A stretch of 64,000 bases of DNA, from positions 32,001 to 96,000 of the forward strand of contig CAVSLV010000001.1 of the NCBI GenBank assembly GCA_963728915.1. The letters run 5' to 3'. The translations under genes were made by a program, and so were the position numbers. Under the pieces are notes generated by a model. That model ran no database searches. It saw nothing but the letters and a program-made list of their open reading frames with translations, and was not told the DNA's origin. Within the stretch, counting starts at the first letter, position 1. Every line of letters begins with the position of its first letter. This document shows, in pieces, positions 36,293 to 45,915 of the stretch. The DNA is from an uncultured Gemmatimonadales bacterium. Its GTDB lineage: Bacteria; Gemmatimonadota; Gemmatimonadetes; Gemmatimonadales; GWC2-71-9.

Positions 36293-37263
36293 AGCCATCC
36301 TGCCTCCCGATACCACGCCGCCGTTTCCCGGGTCCCCCTCAGCAGGTCATACTGGGCACTCCAGCGGCCTCCGGTCACTTGCTCGAGGGGAGCGGGGTCG
36401 CAGGTCCAGGCCGGCGCGAACAGCTCCTTCCCCTTGTCAGGGGTGAGCAGGGTGGTGCCCCCGGTGAGACGGGCCGCCAGTGCGGACAGCGACAGGGCGG
36501 CGGTGCCCACCCAGAAAGGGAGGGGGAGAATGCGGACCTCGCTTCCCACCGACCGGCCGATGGTCCGGGCCACCTCCCGGCTGGTGACGATCTCCGGGTG
36601 ACTTGGATACCAGGTCCCGCCCAGAGCCCCGTCGCTTCGGGCCAGTGCGAGCATGGCGCGAGTCAGGTCCTTCACGTACACCAGTGAGAGCTCCTGGCCG
36701 CCGTCCCCGAAGACCGGCAGGATCCCGTAACGGGAGGCCTTGAAGAGCCGGAAGAACTCGGCGTCGCGCGGGCCGTACACCGCGGGGGGACGCACGATGA
36801 TCCAGGGGAGTCTTCCCTGCCGGACGACCGCTTCTCCCGCGAGCTTGCTCCGTCCGTATCCGGTGATCGGCTCGGGCGGCTCAGCGTTCCGTCGGCGCCC
36901 CCCGCGGGGAGCCGGTCCTCCCGCCGCCAGGGAGGACACGAACACGAACCGGGCCCGGCCAGCCCGCTCGGCTGCGGCCAGGAGCCGGGCCGAACCGTCC
37001 CGGTTGACGGCGAGGAAGCTCGCTTCGTCCCGGGCCGCCACCAGACCGGCGGAGTGGTAGATCACATCCTGATCCGCCACCGCCCGTTCCAGGACGTCGG
37101 GATCGTCCAGACTCCCCTCGATGACCGTCACGCCCCGCTGGGCCAGCCCGGCCGCTTTGGTCGGGGTTCGGACCAGCACCGTCACCCCGTCGCCTGCCTC
37201 GAGCAGGGTATCGATCAGATGACCGCCCACGAACCCGGTGCCGCCGGTGACCAGCGCCTTCAT
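36289..37263 (-). CDS. NAD-dependent epimerase/dehydratase (extended SDR), candidate ceramide reductase
   Basis: VTGGTGFVG, VSSLAA, YGRSK, RPPAVYGP. ATGA overlap with the GNAT gene. Confidence 0.85.
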   Translation of the reverse strand: MKALVTGGTGFVGGHLIDTLLEAGDGVTVLVRTPTKAAGLAQRGVTVIEGSLDDPDVLERAVADQDVIYHSAGLVAARDEASFLAVNRDGSARLLAAAERAGRARFVFVSSLAAGGPAPRGGRRRNAEPPEPITGYGRSKLAGEAVVRQGRLPWIIVRPPAVYGPRDAEFFRLFKASRYGILPVFGDGGQELSLVYVKDLTRAMLALARSDGALGGTWYPSHPEIVTSREVARTIGRSVGSEVRILPLPFWVGTAALSLSALAARLTGGTTLLTPDKGKELFAPAWTCDPAPLEQVTGGRWSAQYDLLRGTRETAAWYREAGWL

Positions 37264-38384
37264 AACCCGCGGTCGTATAGCCGGTAGGTCTTGTAGACGG
37301 TGAACCCGATCTTGAGCAGGGCGGTGTTCATGACCGGATTGTCCTCCAGGATCCACCCCGCCTCGGCCCAGTGGATCCCCCTGCGGTTTCCGGTCTCCCA
37401 GAGCCAGTGGTAGAGCAGGGCATCGAGGCCCCGGCCCCGATACTCCGGCAGGATGCCCAGGAGGAGGATCCGCATCCGATGAATCCGCCCGGTCTTGAGA
37501 TCGAAGAGGAGCCGGACCAGCCCGGGCAGGAACCGGCCCTGGCGGTTGCGCCGGAAGGAGACGTTCAGGTCGGGAAGGGCCAGGGCGAATCCGATCGGCT
37601 CCCCGTCCTTTTCGAGAAAGGGCGCGAGCTCGGGCGCCACCACCGGCTTGAACTGGGTGGCCAGGTGATCGATCTCGTGGTCGGTGAGGGGGACGAACCC
37701 CCAGTTGCGCTCCCAGCTCCGGTTGTAGAGCCGCTTGATCCGCTCCACTTCCCCGGCGAAGTCCTTGAGATTGAGCTTCCGAAGGGTGAGCCCCATCCGC
37801 TTCCGGATCAACTCCACGCCGCGGGTGAGCCGCTCCGGCGTGGGCCAGGCGCCCTCCATGCTGCCGCCCTGGTAAACCAGGAGGTCCTTGGCCTGGCGGA
37901 ACCCGGCCTGCTCCAGGAGGGCGACGTAGCCTCGCGGGTTATGGGGCATCATGAGGACCGGCGGCGTCTCGAACCCGTCGACCAGGAGCCCGCACTCGTC
38001 GTTGGTGGAGAAGGACGCCGGCCCCCGCATGGTGTCGAACCCCCGGCTCCGGAGCCAGCCCGCCGCCGCTTCCACCAGGGCCCCCGCGATCGCGTGGTCG
38101 GGCTCGGTCTCGAAAAATCCGAAGAAGCCGACCCGGTCGCCATGGAACTCGTTGTGGAGCCGGTTCGCGATCGCCGCGACCCGCCCCACGACGCGGCCTT
38201 CCCGGCGGGCGAGAAAGTACTCCGCCTCGGCGTGCTCGAAGAAGGGATTCTTGCGGGGGGAGAGCAGGATGTCGACGTCCCGCCGGAGGGGCGGGGCCCA
38301 GAGCGGGTCGTTGGCGTACAACCGGTAGGGCAGGTCGATGAAACGGCGAAGATCAGCAGGGGAGCGGACCGCTTCGATGCGCAC
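37260..38384 (-). CDS. tandem-GNAT N-acyltransferase, candidate bacterial ceramide synthase (bCerS-like)
   Basis: FIDLPYRLY, GRVAAI, GFFGFFE, GLLVDGF, MPHNP, WERNWGFVPLT, LGILPEYRGRGLDA, WILEDN, YKTYRLY. GTG start at 38384. Confidence 0.8.
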   Translation of the reverse strand: MRIEAVRSPADLRRFIDLPYRLYANDPLWAPPLRRDVDILLSPRKNPFFEHAEAEYFLARREGRVVGRVAAIANRLHNEFHGDRVGFFGFFETEPDHAIAGALVEAAAGWLRSRGFDTMRGPASFSTNDECGLLVDGFETPPVLMMPHNPRGYVALLEQAGFRQAKDLLVYQGGSMEGAWPTPERLTRGVELIRKRMGLTLRKLNLKDFAGEVERIKRLYNRSWERNWGFVPLTDHEIDHLATQFKPVVAPELAPFLEKDGEPIGFALALPDLNVSFRRNRQGRFLPGLVRLLFDLKTGRIHRMRILLLGILPEYRGRGLDALLYHWLWETGNRRGIHWAEAGWILEDNPVMNTALLKIGFTVYKTYRLYDRGL

Positions 38385-38416
38385 TGACCGCCGGTCCGCC
38401 GGTCCGCTCGTCCGGG

Positions 38417-39667
38417 TCAGATGACTCCGAGCTGCTTTCCGATGGCCCCGATCGTCTCGACCGCGAAATCGATCTGGTCGGCGGTGTGGGTCGCCATGAC
38501 GCTGGTCCGGAGCCGGCACATCGACGGCGGCACCGCGGGGGGCACCACCGGGTTGGTGAAGATGCCGGCGTCGAAGACCTGGCGCCACATGATGAGGGTG
38601 CGTTCCAGGGGGCCGATCAGGATCGGCACGATGGGGGTCTCGGAGGGGCCGGTATCGAACCCTAACGCGCGGAATCCCTCGAGCAGGCGCCGGGTATTGG
38701 CCCAGAGCTGTTCCCGTCGTTCCCGGTCTTCCTGGAGCACCTGGAGCGCCGCCAGCACCCCGGCCGTGTTGGCCGGCGGCAACGAGGCCGTGAAGATCAG
38801 GGCCCGGCTGTGGTGACGCAGGTAGTTGATGATGGAGCGCGACGCGGTGACGAACCCTCCGATCGAGGCGAGGGACTTGGAGAAGGTCCCCGCGATGATG
38901 TCCACTTCATCGCTCAGGCCGAAGTGCGCGGCGGTGCCATCGCCCCGGGGGCCCAGCACCCCGATCGAATGGGCGTCGTCGATCGCCAGGGCGGCGCCGT
39001 GTTTCCGGCACACCTTCAGGAGGCCGGGCACTTCGGCGATGTCCCCCTCCATCGAGTAGATGCCGTCCACGATCACCATCTTGCCGGCATCCGGGTGTTC
39101 CTCGAGCTTCCGGTCCAGGGCGGCCAGGTCACCGTGGTTGAAGCGAATGGTCTGCCCGTCCGACATCTTGGCGCCATCCACGATCGACGCGTGGTCGAGC
39201 TTGTCGAGGAACACCACGTCCTTCCGTCCGATCAATCCGGAGATGAGCCCCACGTTGGCGTTGTAGCCGGTGGAGAAGACGATGCAGTCTTCCTTGCCGA
39301 GAAAGTCGGCGAGCGCCGCTTCGAGCTGGAGGTGCAGATCGAGGGTGCCGTTCAGGAAACGGCTGCCGGTACAGCCCGAGCCGTAGCGATCCAGCGCGGC
39401 GTGGGCGGCCTCCAGCACCAGGGGATGATGGGTGAGGCCGAGGTAGTTGTTCGAGCCCAGCATGATCCGGCGCTGGCCCTCGATGACGACGACGGTGTCT
39501 TCGGATTCGGAGATCGGCCGGAAATACGGATACAACCCGGCGGCCTTGACCTCATCGGCGCGGGTGTACTGCCGACACTTTTCGAAGAGCGCGATGTCGG
39601 TGTGGACGGCCTTGGTCGGCACGTAACCTCGGGTCGAGGAAAGGGGATGGGCGCCTGTCATCCCCAT
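38417..39667 (-). CDS. spt: serine palmitoyltransferase (alpha-oxoamine synthase family)
   Basis: GSNNYLGL, GCTGSRFLNGT, DHASI, DDAH, GTFSKS (PLP lysine), FTASLPP. No biotin genes nearby. Confidence 0.8.
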   Translation of the reverse strand: MGMTGAHPLSSTRGYVPTKAVHTDIALFEKCRQYTRADEVKAAGLYPYFRPISESEDTVVVIEGQRRIMLGSNNYLGLTHHPLVLEAAHAALDRYGSGCTGSRFLNGTLDLHLQLEAALADFLGKEDCIVFSTGYNANVGLISGLIGRKDVVFLDKLDHASIVDGAKMSDGQTIRFNHGDLAALDRKLEEHPDAGKMVIVDGIYSMEGDIAEVPGLLKVCRKHGAALAIDDAHSIGVLGPRGDGTAAHFGLSDEVDIIAGTFSKSLASIGGFVTASRSIINYLRHHSRALIFTASLPPANTAGVLAALQVLQEDRERREQLWANTRRLLEGFRALGFDTGPSETPIVPILIGPLERTLIMWRQVFDAGIFTNPVVPPAVPPSMCRLRTSVMATHTADQIDFAVETIGAIGKQLGVI

Positions 39668-39787
39668 GCGGGATAACGGGTTAAAGTAAGATCACGAGGG
39701 TACCGGGACAAGCGCGTGTCTCAATTCTGTGCGTGCAGAGGCCTCCGGTCAACCGGTGCCCCAAGTTAGATTGGTACGGTTGCTTTC

Positions 39788-42196
39788 ATGAAACGCTACG
39801 TCCTCCTCGGGGCGGTCAGCCTGATTGGTCTGGGCGCCGCTGCCGTTCCGCTTCCCGCTCAGGGCTCCCGGACCGCACCACTCCTCCTCGAGCCTCTCGA
39901 CTGGGGTCCGAATGGCGCCTGGCGACGCCGTGCCGCGACCATCCGGACCGAGCGGATGCAGCTCCTCCGTCAGGGCAGCCTGGACCGCCTCAACGCGGTG
40001 ACCGGGTCCCGCGCCAGCGGACCGCTGTTCCGGGTGATGGGCGCACTCCCCCAGACCGCCGTCACCGGGGCGTTCCACGTGCCGGTCATCGTGGTCGGGT
40101 ATCGGGACAAGCCGGTTCAGTACTCGACCCAGGCGTTTCAATGCCTCCTCTTCACCCGCTTCCCGGTCGCCTGTGGGAATCCCGGGGACCGCCCCTACTC
40201 GGTGACCACTTACTACGAGGAGCTTTCCCAGCATCGGATCACGCTCGATGGGGTGGTCCTTCCCCAGGTCAGGCTCGACTCGAACGCCGCCTTCTACACC
40301 GACGGCTGCGACGGGTTTTCCATCGCGGGCCGGACCAGCTGTCCCGCCAGGCCGATCAACCGGATGGCGCTCATGCTGGTGGCGGCGCTCGATTCGGTGA
40401 GCACCCGGCCCGGGGGCGATACCCTCTGGTCCCAGTTCGACAACGACGGCCCGGACGGGGTGCCCAACAGCGGGGATGACGACGGGATCGTGGATTTCGC
40501 CGGGTTTCTCCAGCCCGAGGTGGGCGGGGAGTGCGTGCGGCTGGATCCACCCCCCACCGGGATCTGGAGCCATCGTTTCGTGGTGAATGGGTGGATGGGT
40601 GGCGTGCCGGCCAACCTGCGGCCGGCCAATATCGGATCCGACGGGATGTACATAACCCGCACTCCCCGCCGGGGTCCCAATGGACAGCCCCTGGTGGTGA
40701 ATGGGTCGGTCCAGTACCTCAAGGTCAACGACTATACCATTCAATCCCAGCTGGGCGGGGCCACCGCCTGCGAAGCCGGCACCATCATGGGCATCGGCAC
40801 CATCGCCCATGAAACCGGCCACGCCTTCGGGTTGCCCGATCTGTACGACACCAGCGGGGGGACCCAGGGGATCGGCGGGTGGGGCATCATGGGATCGGGC
40901 AATTATGCCCGGCCCTACAGTCCGTCTTCCTACGATGCCTGGTCGCTTCTGGTACTCGGCTGGGCCACCGTGGATACCCTCGGCGCGAGCCGGACCGTCA
41001 CGACCGGGCCGCGGCTCCTGAGCGACACGATCTTCTACGCCCGGACCGATAACCCGGACGACTTTCTCCTGATCGAGAACCGGCAGGCGGTGCTGAGCGA
41101 TACCGCGCAGATGAATCCGGCCCTGCCCGATGGATGCCCGCCGCCGGTCAGCTCGTCCATTGGCGGGTTAGGATTCTGCGCCAAGTCTCCCGGGCTCCTC
41201 CTCTGGCTGGTCAACCAGCCGAAGCTGAGCGCGAGCCTGTTCAGCAACTCGGTGAATGCCGGCGGGGTCCAGGGCGTCGCGCTGCTCCAGGCCGACGGGC
41301 TCAACCAGCTCCGGCTTCCCGGGGCCGTCAACCGGGGCGACCGGGGCGATCCCTTCCCCGGCAGCGCCAACCACACCCGGTTCAGCCTCCAGGCTTCCCC
41401 CAGTGCCCGGAGCAATTCGGGCGACTTCATCGGATTCATCATCGATAGCATCACCCCGCTGCCTGGCGGGATGATGCAATTCCGGTTCACCCGCCGCCAG
41501 CCTTCGGTGATCGCGGTGCAGGGAGGCGCCCAGATCCGGGTGGACGGTGATCCATGGACCCGCTACGACGACGTGATCCCCGCCGGCGACCGGATCCAGC
41601 TGGGGGCCGAGGAGCTCCAGGTGCTGGCGGGCGGTAAGACCCAGTCTCGATTCCTGGCCTGGAGTAACGGAGGACCACGGGAGCAGACCCTGATCAGCGG
41701 GGCCGGGAAGCCGGATACCCTGACGGCGACCTTCACCACCCAGCATCGGATCCTGCTCACCAGGACGGGCTCCGGGACGGTGACCGCGAACGTCGAGGGG
41801 GACCTCACCCAGGGGCTGTTCTTCGACGAGGGCGCTTCGGTTACCCTGACCGCCACTCCCGGCTCGGGATACCTGTTTGCGGGATGGCGGGGCGATACCG
41901 TCTCCACCGGCCTCGCGCTGACCCTCTCGATGCAGAAGGGCTACGATGTGGAGGCCCGCTTCGTCCCCATCGTGTCGGTCGCGGTCCAGGAGGCCCTCCA
42001 GGACATCCTGGGGACCACCACCCTCTCGGTCGACCAGCGGAACTATCTCGACGAGCTGGGAAATCGAAACGGGCTGTTCGACGTCGGCGATCTGCTCGCG
42101 CTGTATCGCCGCCAGGGGCTGGCGGCTCCGCAGGCCGCGCTCAAGGCCGCCGCTGCGCCGGTAACGCAGACCGGGAAGCCGGAGGACAGACCATGA
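39788..42196 (+). CDS. secreted M6 (immune inhibitor A)-family metalloprotease with C-terminal beta-repeat and dockerin-like tail
   Basis: Signal peptide, FDNDGPDG..NSGDDDG, IWSH, HETGHAFGLPDLYD, IMGSG, LIENR, GYLFAGWRGD repeat, LGNRNGLFDVGD. Confidence 0.88.
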   Translation: MKRYVLLGAVSLIGLGAAAVPLPAQGSRTAPLLLEPLDWGPNGAWRRRAATIRTERMQLLRQGSLDRLNAVTGSRASGPLFRVMGALPQTAVTGAFHVPVIVVGYRDKPVQYSTQAFQCLLFTRFPVACGNPGDRPYSVTTYYEELSQHRITLDGVVLPQVRLDSNAAFYTDGCDGFSIAGRTSCPARPINRMALMLVAALDSVSTRPGGDTLWSQFDNDGPDGVPNSGDDDGIVDFAGFLQPEVGGECVRLDPPPTGIWSHRFVVNGWMGGVPANLRPANIGSDGMYITRTPRRGPNGQPLVVNGSVQYLKVNDYTIQSQLGGATACEAGTIMGIGTIAHETGHAFGLPDLYDTSGGTQGIGGWGIMGSGNYARPYSPSSYDAWSLLVLGWATVDTLGASRTVTTGPRLLSDTIFYARTDNPDDFLLIENRQAVLSDTAQMNPALPDGCPPPVSSSIGGLGFCAKSPGLLLWLVNQPKLSASLFSNSVNAGGVQGVALLQADGLNQLRLPGAVNRGDRGDPFPGSANHTRFSLQASPSARSNSGDFIGFIIDSITPLPGGMMQFRFTRRQPSVIAVQGGAQIRVDGDPWTRYDDVIPAGDRIQLGAEELQVLAGGKTQSRFLAWSNGGPREQTLISGAGKPDTLTATFTTQHRILLTRTGSGTVTANVEGDLTQGLFFDEGASVTLTATPGSGYLFAGWRGDTVSTGLALTLSMQKGYDVEARFVPIVSVAVQEALQDILGTTTLSVDQRNYLDELGNRNGLFDVGDLLALYRRQGLAAPQAALKAAAAPVTQTGKPEDRP

Positions 42197-42573
42197 CCCG
42201 ACGGCTCCTGGCTGGGCTCGCCCTGCTGGCGCTCGCCTGTGGCGATTCGGGTCAGAACCCGAGCGGCGCCGGCGACCTGGTGGTGTCCTATGCCGGGAAC
42301 GGGCAGGCGGGGGCCATGGCGCTCACCATCAGCGGAGGCCCGGTCGAATCGGTGACCGCGATCGGATCCCAGATCGTGTCATCGAAGAGCACCTATCCCA
42401 CCACCACCCGCGTCGTGATCCTCGGCGAGACAACGAACGGCGACCTGCTCCGCCTCCAGGTGCCGGATGTTTCGCAGGTCGCCAAGTATTCGGTCCATGT
42501 CGACCAGGTCGCGGACAAGTCCACCTTTGCGCTGGTGGACCCCGCCGGACACACCTTTTCAGTGCATCGCTAG
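42193..42573 (+). CDS. small beta-rich lipoprotein
   Basis: GGAGG SD, lipobox ALAC, ATGA overlap with the protease. Confidence 0.8.
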   Translation: MTRRLLAGLALLALACGDSGQNPSGAGDLVVSYAGNGQAGAMALTISGGPVESVTAIGSQIVSSKSTYPTTTRVVILGETTNGDLLRLQVPDVSQVAKYSVHVDQVADKSTFALVDPAGHTFSVHR

Positions 42574-42740
42574 CGGATTCCCGCCCGAACCCCGTCCGGT
42601 CCGAGACTTCGCCACGGCGGGGAGGACAACGAGGCTCGGTCGGCTTTGATGCTCGAGCCACCGTCCTGGGTTGCACCGGGTCTGCCGGACGCGCCGGTTC
42701 AAGGTAGATTGTTGGCGACTCCATCTCCGAGGTCTCCCCC

Positions 42741-43199
42741 ATGGTGACCTTCACCGTCAACGGGAAGTCCGTTTCGGTGGACGTATCCCCGGATACACCC
42801 CTGCTCTGGATTCTGCGCGACAACCTGCACCTCCCCGGCACCAAATTCGGCTGTGGGATCGGGCAGTGCGGCGCCTGCACCGTCCATCTCGACGGCGAGG
42901 CCCAGAAGTCGTGCCAGATCCCCGCCAGCGCGGTGGCGGGGAAGAAGATCCTGACCATCGAGGGACTTTCTTCGAGCGGGAATCACCCGGTCCAGCGCGC
43001 CTGGATCGCCGAGCAGGTCCCCCAATGCGGGTACTGCCAGTCGGGCCAGATCATGCGGGCCGCGTCGCTGCTCCAGAAGCACCCCAAGCCGACCGATCAG
43101 GACATCGACGAAGTGATGTCCGAGAATCTCTGCCGGTGCGGGACCTACCAGCGGATTCGCCGGGCCATTCATCGGGCGGCGGGGCAGGAGGCAACATGA
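42741..43199 (+). CDS. iorA: isoquinoline-1-oxidoreductase-type (2Fe-2S) subunit
   Basis: [32 protein letters not shown]. Confidence 0.92.
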   Translation: MVTFTVNGKSVSVDVSPDTPLLWILRDNLHLPGTKFGCGIGQCGACTVHLDGEAQKSCQIPASAVAGKKILTIEGLSSSGNHPVQRAWIAEQVPQCGYCQSGQIMRAASLLQKHPKPTDQDIDEVMSENLCRCGTYQRIRRAIHRAAGQEAT

Positions 43200-45367
43200 G
43201 ACGGACCGGCGGATCAGCGGACCGGCGGACCGGGGAGTATTCCCGGCGCGACTTTCTCAAGGTGGGCGCGGCGGCCGGCGCGGGGCTGACGATCGCGATT
43301 CAGCTCCCGGGTTGCGCCGCGCCCAAGGGCCCGGTCACCACCCCGTTCCACCCCAATGCGTGGGTCCGGGTTTCGACCGACGACACGGTCACCCTGATCA
43401 CCGATCGTTCCGAGATGGGACAGGGGACCTACACCTCGCTCCCGATGCTGCTCGCCGAGGAGCTCGACGTGCCGTGGGAGCGAGTCCGAATCGAGCCGGC
43501 GCCGGCCGGCGCCGAGTACAACAATCACCTCTTTCCGGTTCAGGCGACCGGGGGAAGCACCAGCGTTGCTCAGGCGTGGGCCCCCCTGCGCGAAGCCGGC
43601 GCCAAAGCGCGAGCGATGCTCATCGCCGCCGCGGCTCAGGCGTGGGCGGTCGATCCCGCCGAATGCAGCACCGAACTGGGGACGGTGGTCCACGGCGGGA
43701 GCCGCCGCCGCATGCGGTACGGCGAGCTGGCGGAGCGCGCGGCCCAGGTGCCGGTGCCGGACAAGGTCACGCTCAAGGACCCCAAGGCCTGGCGCTTGAT
43801 CGGGACCGGAGTCCCCCGGCTCGACCTTCCGGACAAGGTGACCGGGAAGGCCGGGTTCGGGATCGATGTCGAAGTGCCCGGAATGCTGGTGGCGGTGGTG
43901 GCTCGCTCACCGGTGTTCGGCGGAAACGCCAAGGGATGGGACGAGCAGGCGGCGCTGGCGGTGCCCGGGGTTCGGAAAGTCGTTCACCTGTCCACCGGTA
44001 TCGCCGTGCTGGCCGATGGCTACTGGCCAGCCCACCAGGGACGCGAAGCCCTGAAAGTCGTCTGGGATAGCGGTCCGGGCGCCGGGGTTTCTTCGGCGAG
44101 CATGAGCACCGAAGCCACCAGCCTGGCCAAGCGCGGCGGCATGGTCGCGCGGAAAGAAGGGTCCGGCGGGGTGGTTCGGAGCGACAAGCAGGTCACCGCC
44201 TTGTATGAGGCTCCCTACCTGGCCCATGCCTGCATGGAGCCCATGAATGCGACCGCCCACGTCGAGGCCGATCGCTGCACGGTGTGGGCGCCGACCCAGT
44301 ACCAGAGCGGTGCCGCGTTCGGTGGCGGAGTCGTCGAAACCGCCGCGAAGCTCGCCGGGCTCGATCCCTCCAAGGTGACGGTGCACACCACCTATCTGGG
44401 CGGCGGGTTCGGACGACGCTTCATGCAGGATTTCGTGGCGGAAGCAGTGGAGGCGTCCAAGCTCGCCGGCGTCCCGGTCAAGGTGCTCTGGTCGCGCGAA
44501 GACGACATTCAGCATGATTTCTATCGGCCCTCGACCCGGGTCGAATTTGCCGGTTCGCTGGCCGGCGACGGCCGCGTGAGCGGGCTTTCGGCCCGAGTGG
44601 TCTGCCCCTCCATCAGCGCCGCGCTTTTCGGTGCTCCCCGCACTGCGGTGGATAGCGATGCCGTCGAGGGAATCAAGACGATGCCCTACGCCGTTCCCAA
44701 CGTGCTGGTGGACGTCATCCATCCTGGCTGGGCTATTCCAGTCGGGTTCTGGCGCTCGGTCGGCTCGTCTCAGAACGGGTTCGTCATCGAGTCCTTCATC
44801 GACGAGCTGGCCTGGGCCGGGGGCAAGGATCCGGTCGCGTTTCGCGAGAACATGCTCGCCGCCAAGCCGCGACATCTTGGGGTCCTGAAGCTCGCCGCCG
44901 AGAAGGCGGGGTGGGGAGCTCCGTTACCCGACGGGACGGCCCGGGGCGTCGCGGTGGTGGAGTCGTTCAACAGCTATGTCGCCGAAGTCGCCGAGATCAC
45001 CCTCAACCCGGATCGAACCGTCAGAGTGAATCGGGTCGTGGCGGCGGTCGATTGCGGAACCGTGGTCAATCCGGACACAGTACGGGCCCAGGTCGAGAGC
45101 GCCATCGTGTATGGTCTGACCGCGGCCCTCCACGGGGAGATCACCATCGAGAATGGCCGGGTGGCTCAAAGCAACTTCCACGACTACCCGCTGCTCCGGA
45201 TGAACGAGATGCCGGTGATCGAGGTTCACCTGGTGCCCAGCCCCGAGGCGCCCACCGGGATCGGCGAGCCGGGAACCCCTCCCATCGCGCCGGCGGTGTG
45301 CAATGCGGTCTATGCCCTGACCAAACAGCGGATCCGCCGGCTTCCCATCCGCGCGGTTCCCGCGTGA
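43196..45367 (+). CDS. iorB: xanthine-dehydrogenase-family molybdopterin subunit, Tat-exported
   Basis: [46 protein letters not shown]. Confidence 0.92.
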   Translation: MRRTGGSADRRTGEYSRRDFLKVGAAAGAGLTIAIQLPGCAAPKGPVTTPFHPNAWVRVSTDDTVTLITDRSEMGQGTYTSLPMLLAEELDVPWERVRIEPAPAGAEYNNHLFPVQATGGSTSVAQAWAPLREAGAKARAMLIAAAAQAWAVDPAECSTELGTVVHGGSRRRMRYGELAERAAQVPVPDKVTLKDPKAWRLIGTGVPRLDLPDKVTGKAGFGIDVEVPGMLVAVVARSPVFGGNAKGWDEQAALAVPGVRKVVHLSTGIAVLADGYWPAHQGREALKVVWDSGPGAGVSSASMSTEATSLAKRGGMVARKEGSGGVVRSDKQVTALYEAPYLAHACMEPMNATAHVEADRCTVWAPTQYQSGAAFGGGVVETAAKLAGLDPSKVTVHTTYLGGGFGRRFMQDFVAEAVEASKLAGVPVKVLWSREDDIQHDFYRPSTRVEFAGSLAGDGRVSGLSARVVCPSISAALFGAPRTAVDSDAVEGIKTMPYAVPNVLVDVIHPGWAIPVGFWRSVGSSQNGFVIESFIDELAWAGGKDPVAFRENMLAAKPRHLGVLKLAAEKAGWGAPLPDGTARGVAVVESFNSYVAEVAEITLNPDRTVRVNRVVAAVDCGTVVNPDTVRAQVESAIVYGLTAALHGEITIENGRVAQSNFHDYPLLRMNEMPVIEVHLVPSPEAPTGIGEPGTPPIAPAVCNAVYALTKQRIRRLPIRAVPA

Positions 45368-45399
45368 CCCCTCACCCCCGCTCTCAGATCGGAGGCACC

Positions 45400-45915
45400 A
45401 TGCGATTCTCGGTGTTGATCCCCACCCTGGCTCTCGCCGCCGCGGCCTGTCAGCCCAAGGCCGAAACTCCCGATCAAGCCATGGCGCGCATGCAGACCGA
45501 AACGGCCGCGGCTCGCGCCGCCATCGACTCGGTCAACCGGGAGTTCACGACCCACCTCAACATGGGCCACGCGGACATGGTGGCCGCGATGTACACCGAA
45601 GATGGCGTGGCCATGCCGCCCAACATGCCGGCCGCGAGTGGGAGGGAAGCCATCAAGAATGCGCTCGGGGAGTTTGCCGCGATGAAGGCCCAGCTCACCT
45701 TGACCTCGACGTCGGTCTCGGCCAGCGGGCCGATGGCGGTGGAGCGGGGGACCTACTCGGTGACCCTGACGCCACCGGGCGCCAAGGCCCCGGTCACCGA
45801 CACCGGGAAATACCTGGTGCACTGGCGCCAGGTGGACGGGAAGTGGATGCTGGCGGAAGACATCTGGAACAGCGACCTGCCGCCGATGCCGGCGCCCCCC
45901 GCGCCGAAGAAGTAG
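45400..45915 (+). CDS. NTF2-like/DUF4440 (YybH-type) lipoprotein
   Basis: GGAGG SD, lipobox AAAC, YTEDG...PPN...GR, GKYLVHWRQVDGKW...DIWNS. Confidence 0.85.
   Translation: MRFSVLIPTLALAAAACQPKAETPDQAMARMQTETAAARAAIDSVNREFTTHLNMGHADMVAAMYTEDGVAMPPNMPAASGREAIKNALGEFAAMKAQLTLTSTSVSASGPMAVERGTYSVTLTPPGAKAPVTDTGKYLVHWRQVDGKWMLAEDIWNSDLPPMPAPPAPKK

Noticed and set aside
38417..39667. BioF or Kbl annotation for the PLP enzyme
   Set aside because: The GTFSKS/FTASLPP motifs and the GNAT/SDR/PAP2 context fit Spt better, and no bio or tdh genes are nearby. Not formally excluded without a tree.
42574..42740. Possible tRNA or riboswitch (e.g. Moco) upstream of iorA
   Set aside because: I could not identify a cloverleaf or a conserved riboswitch core by eye. 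An Rfam covariance search would be needed.
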